This document shows, in pieces, positions 1-10,919 of a DNA stretch of 64,000 nucleotides; positions within the stretch are counted from its first letter, which is position 1, and each line of letters opens with the position of its first letter. Below the pieces are notes generated by a model. That model saw only the letters and a program-made list of their open reading frames with translations. It had not been told where the DNA came from and did not search any database. The translations under genes were made by a program, and so were the position numbers. The DNA comes from the human T2T-CHM13v2.0 reference genome, Homo sapiens: NCBI RefSeq assembly GCF_009914755.1, contig NC_060948.1; one strand, written 5' to 3'.

Positions 1-419
1 AGGAGCAAAAGTTGAAGAGACCTTTATTTGCAAAAATCTGAATATTCAAAAGCAGTTTAATGTATTGAAAGATTTAGAAAATCATGTCCATGCTCAAGAC
101 AGAAAACATTCTCAAAAAGTATATAAAACAATAGGTGTTAATTCTCAATTTTACCTATAGCTTCAATGTGAGAAGAAAATGAAGGCTAAGACAGAATTAT
201 AAGCAATCCTCCTGAGAGTTAAAGAAGAATGTTAATACAGATTTAGTTTTTACAAGTGATAGTTTTAACATTGCTCTTATTCAAAACACTAATGGAATGC
301 AAGCTAAGGTTTTAATAACTAAGAAAATACCTTGGAGAAATGAAGAAAACCTATAATTCAGAGTCAGCACGTTTCAACTTTTCAAATATAGTTTTCTGCA
401 AAATAAAAACATAAAAACC

Positions 420-1720
420 AATAGAAACGTATGCCTAATGTAAAGTAAATGCAGAAACTGAAAATATTCTAAATTTTATTGACAAAGAATTTAAAACAAC
501 AGTTTTAAGTTGTGTAAAAGAAAAAATGACAGAACCAATGAAAGAAAACTATGAGAGCATCAGTGAGAAAAAATATGTAAAAAAAATGAAAAATTTGAGA
601 TAAAGAGTACAAAGACCGAAAGAAAATTGACAATAAAGGAGTTTCACAACAGACCTGAGCTGGAAAGTATTCAGTCAATTTTAAGCAATGAAAACTGAAA
701 TAACCCAGTCTGATAAATAAAAAAAAATTAAGTGAAAAAATACTAAGAAGTTAATAGAACACTATGAGCTATACCAATACATGCAATATGGACACCTCAT
801 AAATACAGAAAAAGAAGAGGCAAAAAAAAATCTGAAAGCAAAGATGACTGAATATTTCCCAAACTTAATTAGAAATCAGAATCTAAAATTTAAAGAAGGA
901 CAAAATCTTCAACTGTAATATAGTCAACGATAGCCACATCAAGAAACATTATAGTCAGTCAAGTGCTAAGACAAAGAAAATTGTAAAACCAGAAAGCGAT
1001 AAGCAACTTGTTATGTTCAAGGGAATCTTGATTAAAATTAACAGATGATTGTTCAGCAGAAACCATGGAAGTCATAAGGTAGTAGGATATCAAAGTTTTA
1101 ATAGAAAAAATACTATCAAACCTGAAATCTGTAACTGGTAAAATGTTACATGAGCAAAAATGCCTGGATAAAGGAAAGTTAAAGGAATTTGTTACTAACC
1201 TTCTCTAAAAGAGAAAATTACTATTATAACCCTGGCAAAGTTTTCTATTACTGAACACTCAGTGTTTACACATATAATCTGAGATAATAATATAAATTGA
1301 AAAGAATGGAAAAGCACAAAAGCAGCACATTTTTATATTGTTTAAATTAAACTTTAGGTTATTGAAACAAGTTAGTATTATTAAAAGTAGGCTATTTTAA
1401 ATTTACAATAGTAATTGAAGTCCCAAATATAACCAATTATAATATAAAAAATACAATTTTTTTTCTAAATTAACCACATTTTAAAAATAAACAAAGGAGA
1501 ATTAAGGATAAAATAAAATAATAAAATATTGAAAGCAAATAAGTAAATCTCAGAGTAAGTAATGTTTTACTTGTAATAACTTTAAATATGAGCTCTTGCA
1601 TAAAAAGTCAAAGACTGGCACAAATGCATCCTTAGATAAAAATTAATGTATATGATTTATCTGAAAGTCTTTCTTTATGTGTAAAGACACAGAGGCCAAA
1701 AGTAAGATGATACAAGGTTC
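420..1720 (+). mobile_element. Old LINE-1 (L1M-type) remnant: degenerate ORF1 and start of the ORF2 endonuclease
   Basis: Decayed ORF1 motifs are visible: ENFPNL-like at ~847-867, HII at ~946, LTDD.SAETME at ~1038-1070. An ORF2 N-terminal ITLN...IK.QRLA-like segment lies at ~1572-1620. Many stops and indels; A-rich plus strand. Confidence 0.75.
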
Positions 1721-3730
1721 TGGGAAAAGCATGACAAGTGACTACAGAGCACTATATATCTGTCTCTTCAACTACACAATAGGTGCAGTGTCAGAATTGG
1801 TATGATCCTATTATTTTGGAATTCCAGAGTCTATCTGAAGGTTTACAGCTTCCAAAACAAGATTTGTAAACAATAATTAAATTTTATCAATTTTATAGCA
1901 TAGATAAACAACAGCTATTTATTCTTTATTAACTACCGCTGTGGTATGCTGCCTTGAAAACACCTCTGGAGCAGCTTGAAAGAGACATGATAAACAGAAA
2001 GGACCCTGCCATTTAAATGTCAGGAGGACTTGTGCACCTATTGCTGCTTCTGATTATAGAGGTCCCAAGATAGATGAATAGCCGTTGTTTCATTTCTGAA
2101 AGCTTTTGCAGCCTTTTCCTCCTCCTACTCAAGCAACTTTCAAAATATTTAGAGAGCCAGAATATTTTTCCTCATTTTACTTTTTTTCCTTTTAAGAGGT
2201 CAGACATTTATGTACAAAAACATTCAAAAGTAAATATATATAAATAAAAACATGATAAATAAGCAACTTAACCATATCTTCCTCAGATGGTGCAGGCTCA
2301 AAAAAGACACAAGAAGTTCAGTAGGACTGATTTCCAGGACAGAAAGAGCCTGCATTATAAATAAACAAAACCCTAGCCAATCATAGAGTAAGAAAATCTG
2401 ATTTTAAAATTACAGCATTTTCATATGTAAATGCCCTTTTTCAGCGTTAACAAAATCACTTACCATAAAGTGAAATAGAAAATTAGGGCTCATTCTAAGA
2501 AAAAAAAAATAACTAACACAAGCTTTTCCTACACAGTCCAAATGGCAGGCTTACTAAAAATTATTTTTTTTTAAATTAATGATCTTAGGAAGGTAATAGA
2601 ATAAACAAAAAAGCACAGAGAGTCATGAACAAATAAATTATTAATAAAGAGAGAGTAAAATTATTTTTAAAACTAAAAAAATTTCTAGATATGCAAAGTG
2701 AAACAACTGAAATAAAAATTCACTACAGACATTTAAAAGCAGACTTGAGCAGATAGAACATAATATCAGCAAACCTAAAGAAAGAGCAATTGAAATTATT
2801 AAGGAAGGAAGAGAAAAAAATATATAAAGAAATGTGAACAGAGCCTAAAACATGTGGGACACCATCAAGCAGCCTTACTTACACATTTTGGAAGTTCAAA
2901 GATAAGAGACAAAGAATCAGAGAGACTATTTTAAAAAATAGTGGCCAAGGATGTCACAAGTGTGAGGAAATAAATAAACATCCAAGAAGCTCAATAAACT
3001 CCAAGTAAGATAAACTCAAAGAAACACACTCAAACTTCCTTGATAATTCAATATTTCTAAACAAAGACAAAGAGAACCTTGAAAGCAGCAAAAGAAGTGA
3101 CTAGTCATGTACAGAGGACCCTCAAAAATAAAAAGTGGATTTCTTATCTAAAAATTCGAGGCCAGAAAGCAATGGGCTAATATATTCCAAGTGATGTAAT
3201 AGAACAAATTCAAACAGAAATTTTATGTTCTAAGTGTCCATCAAAACTGAGAGGGAAATTATGACATTTTCAGATAAAAGCTGATGTCTTTTACCACCGG
3301 ACTACCCTTTAAGAAATGCTTTATGGGGTACTTCATGGCAAAATGAACACTAGACAGCAGTATGAATAAATAAATATTAAGGTAAAGATAAATACATAAG
3401 CAATTAACAATATATATATATAAATTAACAATGTGCACCTTCACAAGTGATTCTCCACATAATTTAAAACACACACAAACATATGTGTGTATATATATAT
3501 AAAATATATATAGTATTATATTATCTATATTTATATATATATTCACTAACTTGTGTTTTTGACATACAGTGCATAAAGGTATAATTTTGAGAACTCAGTA
3601 AGTAAAGTAATGGAGGCCATTCTATATAGGAGTAAGGATTTTTATGTTATTGAATGTAAATTAGAGTGACTTTAACAATGTTATAACTTTAGAATGTTCA
3701 ATATAATGGTTAGAGCAACTGTAAAGGAAA
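1721..3730 (+). mobile_element. Second old LINE-1 remnant (putative 5' UTR plus degenerate ORF1)
   Basis: ORF1 motifs: SRLEQ.E..IS at ~2738-2770, WDTIK at ~2855, IQEAQ.TPSKINSK at ~2980-3020, LKAAKE at ~3078, EARKQW.NIF at ~3158-3188. Boundaries are approximate. Confidence 0.7.
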
Positions 3731-3774
3731 GAGTAACAGGCAGGTAGAAAGCTTTCTGCACTACACCAGAGTAG

Positions 3775-4053
3775 CAGCGGTGGATTTAGCTTCTCTCATG
3801 TGAGAAGCAAGCTATCTTGGCACCATGAGACCAAGCCCAAGCTCTTCCACCAGGGAGTAAGTGTGGAGAGCCTAAGGCACATACCATAGCTGCTCCTTCA
3901 CACAACTTTTACTACACCAGTGGCAACGAAGTGGAAGAGGCTCATCCATACTTAGCACCTGGTGAAGCACTGGAGGCAGAAAAATGTAACTATGGGAAGA
4001 CCCCACTGAAATAAAGTTGGCACAGCAACTACCCTAAATCGGTCTCTTTCTTT
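3775..4053 (+). other. Region homologous to the CDY mRNA 5' UTR
   Basis: The sequence from GTGGATTTAGCT through GGCACAGCAACT is colinear with the CDY1/CDY2 5' UTR as I recall it and leads directly into the mutated start codon. Confidence 0.75.
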
Positions 4054-5710
4054 ACGGATTCCCAATAGTTAGAGGTTGAAACTTTTGTTTACACAAGACA
4101 AGACAAAAAAGAGAAGACAGAGTATTTGGTTCAGTGGAAAGGTTATGACAAACGGGATGACACTTGGGAACCAGAGCAGCACATTGTGAACTGTGAAAAA
4201 TGTTTCTAAGTCTTTAACAGATGACAGACTGAAAATCAGAAAACAAAGACACAGATCAAAACAAGTAGAACTTTTTCAAACAATGCCCAAAAAAAAAGAA
4301 CTTCCAGATCTACCAACACCAACTTTTCTAATAACTCTCCTAATATGTTATTAACTGGCAAACACCACAAGGCCTAAAACAGCCAGTGATTTGCTGCCAG
4401 CCACAACGTTAGGAAAAATGCAGCTTCACCTCTCTTTCACCCAAAGAATATGGAGATAGTAAATTCAACTATCAAGACACTTGCACATCAGAGCCCCTTT
4501 AGCAGCAAGAACAGAGTGACTGACATTCAGGAACCTGAGACACTAAACCCTATTGCACCAGATTAGCAGGACACAGTGGTGTTCAACGTGGCAGTAGAGA
4601 AGCCTGTCAGAGCTTTATCAGATCCCAGTGCAGGACCAGTTGGAATAGAAAAAAGGCCACTGATACATGCACTATTGTCTCAGATGTCTGGCTCAGTTAC
4701 TACTGCATCCATGGTCACAGGCTCAGCTAACAAGGAAGGTATATTGGTATTAATGGACTCATTAACAGCCAACAGAAGAACAAATATGCATACACCTGTT
4801 ACACAGAAGAACAAATATGCATACACCTATTACAAGAGTGAGAGGCGGGCAAAGAAAGGTTATTGATAATAAAAGAGACCAGCCTTTTATGTAGAGGATG
4901 CATGTCACCAGAAGGCTAACAGAAAGTGCCAGCAGATACAGAGACATTGTAGTGAGGAAAGAGGATGGATTCACCTAGATATTGGTATCAACTAGATTGA
5001 CAGGAGAAAACACACTGAATGCAGAAGTAATGAAAGAAATCATGAATGCTCTGAATATGGCTGCTCCAGATGATAGCAAACTTGTGCTGTTCAGCACAGC
5101 TGGCAGTGTCTTTTGCTGTGGTCTTGATTTTGGGTACTTCGTGAAGCATTTAACAAATGACAGAAAGAGAACAAGCATTGAAATGGTGGACAATATCAAG
5201 AATGTTTTCGACAATTTCATTCAATTTAAAAAGTCAACTGTTGTATCAGTCAATGGGCCCGCGATTGGACTGGGTGCATCCATACTGCCTCTTTGTCACT
5301 TGATTTGGGCTAATGACAGCTTTGGTTTCAAACCCCTTATACAACATTTGGACAGAGTTCAGATGGCTTTCTAGTGTTACATTTCCCAAGATGATGGGTG
5401 AAGCATCTGCCAATAAAATGTTGATTGATGTGTGAAAGCTGACAATACAGGAGGCATGTGCCAAACACCTGGTTTCTCAGGTGTTTTGGACAGCAACTTT
5501 CACCCAAGAGGTTATGGTTCAAATTAATGAGTTTGTCTCATGTAATCCAGTAGTGCTGGAGGAATGTAAGGCCCTTGCTAGCTGTAATATTAAGATGGAG
5601 TTTGAACAAATGGCTGAGAAAGAATGTTAAATGCTGAAGAAAATCTGGGGCTCAGCCCATGGGATATAATATATGTTAGTGTAAGTGCAAAAAAAAATGA
5701 TGAATTTTAA
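4054..5710 (+). pseudogene. CDY: CDY (chromodomain protein, Y-linked) pseudogene with intronless coding region, disabled
   Basis: From ACG at 4054 (mutated ATG) the frame reads TDSQ*LEVETFVYTRQDKKEKTEYLVQWKGYDKRDDTWEPEQHIVNCEKC, matching the CDY chromodomain. ORF 4982-5374 (FCCGLDFGYFVKHL...VVSVNGPAIGLGASILPLC) is the crotonase-like domain. It ends ...DEF* at 5710. Lesions include TAG at codon 5, further stops and frameshifts. Confidence 0.95.
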
Positions 5711-6106
5711 TTATCAGTCTGTCTGCTCAGGGCACAATAACCGAGCTGAGAAGAAGACATCATTAGCTGCAAGATGCCCTAATCCACCTGCATATCCCAA
5801 AACAATTCTCCCAATATCTAAGTCTTGGAAACAGAACTGGAAATGTCAAAGCTATTTATTTAATATTATGAATGAAATTTTAAGTACTGTAACTTTAAAA
5901 TAAATAATGAAGCAACTTCTTTGTCAAAATGTCATAATTTTATGCACATATAAGCCCAAATATAAAATCAGACTGGTGAACACTTGGCTGTTCTTTCAAA
6001 TTCTAATTTTTATCCATGACTACTACTCTATAAAAAAAACAAAATTGTGATTAATTAGATTTGAAATACAAAAAACTTAATAATTTTTTTTTATTTTTTA
6101 CTCTAG

Positions 6107-6191
6107 AATGCAGAATTTAATGGGGTATGAGGCAGCCTCTTCCCCTTTCCCCAAAATAGAGACACAGAAACATCTGAGATGGTGCTTTTGA
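6107..6191 (+). other. Homologue of the CDY1 spliced 3' exon
   Basis: Follows a T-rich tract ending CTCTAG (6106). Translates ...GYEAASSPFPKIETQKHLRWCF*, resembling the recalled CDY1 spliced C-terminus GYKAAFPPRKTQNDQRWCP*. Confidence 0.7.
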
Positions 6192-6644
6192 CTTTATAGT
6201 GGAACAAATACCACAGAGACACAAAATTCCAAATTAAAAGCCTAATATTTTAGGATAAACATTTCCAACACAAAATTCACTGATGATTTCTCTCCCAAAC
6301 TGAAATAGGATGCAATTTATGCTGAGATTTCAATTGAATTTCTTTTTCTTTATAAATGTCTAGTGTTTACCCAGTTAACTTGAAGAAATCTTTATCTCTC
6401 TAAAACAAAACTTGTACAATATTAGTGCATCATGAAATCATTTAGGTAGAATTATCCAAGTGTTAATGTTTAGAATATATACTTTTGGGTTAACTTTGAG
6501 TATGTTCTATTTAATAAGTTAAAATTCTGGACACATTATTAAAGGCAGAAATTTCTTTCAAAGAGAAGAAAAGATACCTACACTATATCTGACATTTAAA
6601 TTACTGGTGTTTGCTTTTATGTGCACACTATTTCTTAGAACACT

Positions 6645-6760
6645 CTACATGTTCAGCCATCGAGAAGCTCTGGCATCTTGTCCTCTTGGATTTTTATGGA
6701 GACTCCATTATGTAGGTATGATTGAATAATCCACTGGCTGATGGTGATCAACGTCACCTT
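6645..6760 (-). mobile_element. MER21-type LTR fragment (part 1, split by a MER52-like insertion)
   Basis: GAAGCTCT...GGATTTTTATGGAGACTCCATTATGTAGGTATGATTGA...GGTGATCAAC resembles the recalled MER21 consensus. Confidence 0.55.
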
Positions 6761-8340
6761 TATCACAGGGACAGAGTTAGGTGAATGAGTGAGTGATGGT
6801 TGAGCACAGCCACTGCACACAGCTAGCCATATTGGCTATGATGGATGAGCAGTTCCAGGTGCTGGCACAGGGGCCAGCTCCCTAAAGTTCTTTGGCTGAA
6901 TTTGGCATACCAAAAGCTGTTTCCTCTCCAGGGACGGGGAAATGCAGTGGAATCCAGAAGCTTAGAAATGTCAGAAATTGCACAGCCCCAAAGAGGGTGT
7001 CACAACACTGTCTTGGGAAAGGTTTAGGTCTGAGTTCCTTTAGGGCCAAAGCTCTGCTGTCCCTTATTTTTGTGGTAAGCAACAATGTGGCAACCTGGGG
7101 GTTGTGAGTTTCAGTCCTGTTTGTGTTACTAATTTTTCAGTTTTGCCATTCAGTCCTGAGTCCTTGTCCCATGTCCAGGAAAAATGAGGTATGTGAACAA
7201 CTAAAAAATAATCAAGGTAAATATGTGCTTTATTGAGTGACAGTACAGTTTGCAGTGGATGTAAAGCAGGCAGCTCCTTTTTACAAGCAGGACCTACTTT
7301 CATCTGTGCAGCCCTCAGTGACGAGTAGAACCAGAGTGAGGAGCTCCAATCTGCAGGCAGTTTGTGCTGACATCTCTGCAGTCCTCAGTATGGATGAGAT
7401 GCAGAGTGGCAAGCTTTTATCTGCAGGAAGGTTGTTGAGACGTTGCTACAGCCCTTAATGGAGAGGAGACGTATCTAACTGCAGGCCTGTAATGCCAGCA
7501 ATTGCACAACTCTCAGTGGAGAGGAGACCGACAGTGGTTAGCTCCAATTTGCAAGCAAGTTATCCATGATCTCCCTAACTCTGGAGTTCATATGGGCTTA
7601 AGTAGGCAGAAGTACTGTGCTGATTGGTCAGTGGTGCTATTGGTGGGCCCAGAAAGAGACATAACTTTTCATTCTCATCTCCAGAACATGCAGCCCAGCC
7701 CCCAGTCTTCAGAAAATCCATGGCTTGAAGATGGAGTTTTAATGAGAAACTGCTTCTTTCTGCCTAGATGCCTGTCTGTCTCCTGCTACAGTTAATGGTA
7801 CCAAGGCTATTTTTGCAAAGACAAACCTCCAGGCCCATACCAACTCCTTGAGTCTCCTATGCTCACTGAGGCCAAAAGACTAGAGAAAACTAATGTGGCA
7901 TACGGTTTTTGTTTCAGTACAACCTCAAGTGTAAGCACACCTGGTCAGGTCATGACAGCACCTGGGCTTAGCTAAAAATTTTCTTCAACATTCAAGGGGA
8001 CACTAGGATCTGGGAGAGGCCAGGCAATGGGATTTCAGAGCCTTTGTAGGAAGGATGGCTTTCCAGTCCCCAGAAAGCACAGGGATGCCTGAGTCTGCAG
8101 CATGGCTAGGCAGCTGCAACTGTGCCTGAGTAGGTGAGGTTTCTGCTAATTCCACTTGGATGTGGGTGTGGCTTCTCTCTGTTCTTGGTTCCCACCAGCT
8201 TCACAGAGTGAAGAGCCCTGGCTGCCCCTCCCTCACTACACCTGGCATCTTTTCTGCAGCCCCTCTAAATAGGCTGCTTCTGCCAGTACCCGCAGCAACT
8301 CTCCTATTCCAAAATAATGCAGGGTGACCCTGGGAGTCCC
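6761..8340 (-). mobile_element. MER52-like long ERV1 LTR
   Basis: GC-richer block containing CCTGAGTCCTTGTCCCATGTCCAGGAAAAATGAGGTATG and a reverse polyA signal TTTATTG (~7229). Degenerate ~65-70 bp tandem units at 7260-7570 are typical of MER52. Confidence 0.6.
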
Positions 8341-8344
8341 TGCA

Positions 8345-8498
8345 CACTTATCAAGTCTTGTCTTTTTATTAACAAGCCCCAACCTGAAGCAGTCAGTTAT
8401 TAGCATATAAAAAGACATCACTTTGGAGATTCCAAAGAACTCAGGATTTCTATGCCAGAAAACAGAGACAAACACCAAATATATTTCACAATCTTATA
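8345..8498 (-). mobile_element. MER21-type LTR fragment (part 2)
   Basis: ATCACTTTGGAGATTCCAAAG...CTATGCCAGAAAACAGAGACAAACACCAAATATATTTC matches the reverse complement of the MER21 5' end. Confidence 0.55.
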
Positions 8499-8772
8499 GC
8501 TACTTAAAAGAAACCCTAGGACTAGAGTCCTGGGTAGAATTCCACTGTCGAATTCTACCAAATGATCTAAGAATTAAAACAATTTATTCTCTTTTTCAAA
8601 GTCATTTATTTTAAAAGAAGAAAGTGCAGGTTGAACATTGCTAACACAAAAACATTAAATGTACTCCAGTGTGAAACTTGAGTGATGACATGACACAAGT
8701 GGAAAGCTCCACAGAATATTTCTTCACACAGCTTTGTTTTATGCACAAAACACATTAAATTTACCTTCATGA

Positions 8773-9882
8773 TGTGGGAGAGAAAAACAGGAAACTAGGA
8801 AGGGTTCTTGGTAAAACTCTTTTAAGCACAGAAACAGACTGAAAAGTTAAGTTGCAGGCAACTGTAAGAGAACTAGAAGAGGAGGGTAGCAAAAGACATG
8901 TTCACAGCTGCAATAATCAGAAAACAGGAAAGAACATGAAAATGCCTTTGTCGTTTTTGCCTAAAACATATGCACAGCTGCACAGATAGGGGAGGAAGGC
9001 CACATGTAGAGATACCTTTGTCATTCACATAATCAGCAGGCTTCAAAAAGTAGACAATTCTGTCTTTGTGGGCATGATACCTAGTAGGCTCTAGTGGGCT
9101 CTGCTGGGACACTTTTCTAATTTGAATATGTTTTGACCTGTGAGCCAAGTGTTTCTGATTCATCCCTTCAGCTTCTGCTTTTTCCTGATGCAATGCCCCA
9201 AACAAAGCTTTTATTTCATCCTCTGATTTGTCCCGGGTCAGGTCCTGAACCAAGCTGATTACTGCTTTCTTCAAGATAGCTCACATGCAACTCAGAATAT
9301 TTCTTTCTTTCCAGTTCACAAAAACCTCAGACCCAGCATTACAGTTGGAAAGTCTCATGGGTCCCTTCTTTAATGTGAACAGCTTTCTTCTTTTGATTAT
9401 TAAACTTCTGTCCTATCTGAACTTTATGTGTAGTTTCCTTAATTATCTTGGTCATGAAACAACACTTCAGCATGTTATTGGTCCCAGGCCAAGGTATCAG
9501 ACCAAGCTTTCACTTTAGCTGCTGCTTGGTCCAGGGCAAAGGATGAAGGCCAAGCTAAGTTGTATCTATAAATCATTACTTAACCTCCTGAAGAATCCCC
9601 AGCCAAAGTGCAGGGCCAGGCTGAGTAATGTTTCTCCAAGACCACTAAGCACATTTCTTTCGTTTTCTGTCTTTATTAACCCTGAAGCCCAGCCTTATAG
9701 TAGGCACACAACTTACACCCCACCTCCACTGTAAAGAGCTTTTTACTTTCACTTATAAAACTTTTGCTTCAACCTGTTTGCATCCATGCTCCTTAATTTT
9801 CTTGGCCATGAGACAAAGAGATCTGCTTGACACCTCACAATGAGAGATTGCTACATTGTGGTGCATTAATGAGATGGCAACA
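8773..9882 (+). mobile_element. MER61/LTR25-like ERV1 LTR with an internally duplicated 3' half
   Basis: TG...CA ends. The 5' motif (TGGTAAAACTC...CAGACTGAAAAG...TGCAGGCA) is shared with the LTR at 42764. GGCCAAG-type repeats and polyA-signal region are present. Confidence 0.65.
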
Positions 9883-9909
9883 AATGAAGTGTGGGAATTG
9901 AGATCTGGG

Positions 9910-10535
9910 ATGCATTAGTCTTACTGGACCATCTGGGAAACTGGCCCCACACTGTGATGAACACTCTTGGAGGCAGTCCAACATGTAGTAGTCACCAACA
10001 CAGGATGGAAAGGGTCAAGGTAGCTACATTTTGATGCCTTAGCCATTCTTCCTAAGGTACCCTGGCTTACCTCACTGAGAGGAGTTTACAGGTGAATGTC
10101 AAATATCTTGGATTTTATAGGCCTGTAATTGGGTCACTAGTCTTTGTCTTTCTTTTGCATCATCTCTTTTTGCTGTGGCTGTTCCTGAGTCCTGTCATAA
10201 AAGATAGAGAAGGCTATGCCCACGAAGTTTCCCAAGGTAGTGTACAATTCCAGAGCCTGCCTCTGAAGTTTTCTTCTGATATTAGTAGGTGCCTGAGTAA
10301 TAAACTTGCCTTTTAAGACTATCAATGTATTAATTGATTGAGGAGCTACAAAAGTGTGTTTCATGAACGTCCCTCTTTGCCTTTTCATAAAGGCTGAAAA
10401 ATTTTTATCTGGTTTCTGATTCAATATGGTCCCTTTGAGTACCTTTTGTATTTTACGCTGGCTGTAGACAACGTGCAGTTGTCCCTGAATCTCTCTTGTT
10501 GCATGTAGGGCTGTCTGTTTCTCAGAAGCAGTTTG
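9910..10535 (-). mobile_element. Class I ERV (HUERS-P3/HERV-W-related) gag C-terminal fragment
   Basis: ORF 10137-10592 (-) reads ...NQKPDKNFSAFMKR...KGKFITQAPTNIRRKLQRQ..., homologous to the capsid C-terminus of HERV9/W-group Gag. Confidence 0.75.
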
Positions 10536-10539
10536 AGTT

Positions 10540-10917
10540 TGGCTGGTCCTAGGCCACACTATTATTTTAGCTCTTGAATGATCCAGGGCCAAGTTCCTGA
10601 GCCAAGCTGAATCACTTCTGAGTCACTACTTTAGCTCCTAATTTGTCCCACGTCAAAGTCCCTGGAAAAGTTCAGTAGCGCTTTCTTCAAGAATAGTTAG
10701 GACATTCTGTTTCTTCCCATTCCATAAAAAACATCAGACACTTCCTTATCGTGGACAACTCACTTTCCTCCACAAGAAGTTAACTTATTAAACATTTGCT
10801 ACAATCTCATCATTTTCATTCATGGCTCTTAATTTCTTGGCCTTTAGATAAAAAAAAATCTATGTGACACCTCAGAATGAGAAACTGATACACTGTGGTG
10901 CGTTGGGGGACAGCAAC
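10540..10917 (+). mobile_element. 3' part of a MER61-like LTR (5' LTR of the plus-strand element)
   Basis: Paralogous to 9480-9882 (GGCCAAG repeats, ATTAAA, GAATGAGAAACTGATACACTGTGGTGCG). Followed by a decayed PBS-like sequence and leader. Confidence 0.65.
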
Positions 10918-10919
10918 TA

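Noticed and set aside
4982-5374. 130-aa ORF as a functional stand-alone crotonase-fold protein
   Set aside because: It starts at a non-ATG codon inside the CDY pseudogene, is frameshifted before the domain ends, and upstream sequence has multiple stops.
7260-7570. Regularly spaced ~65-70 bp repeats resembling a CRISPR array
   Set aside because: These are degenerate tandem units without unique spacers, inside a MER52-like LTR, in primate DNA with no cas genes.
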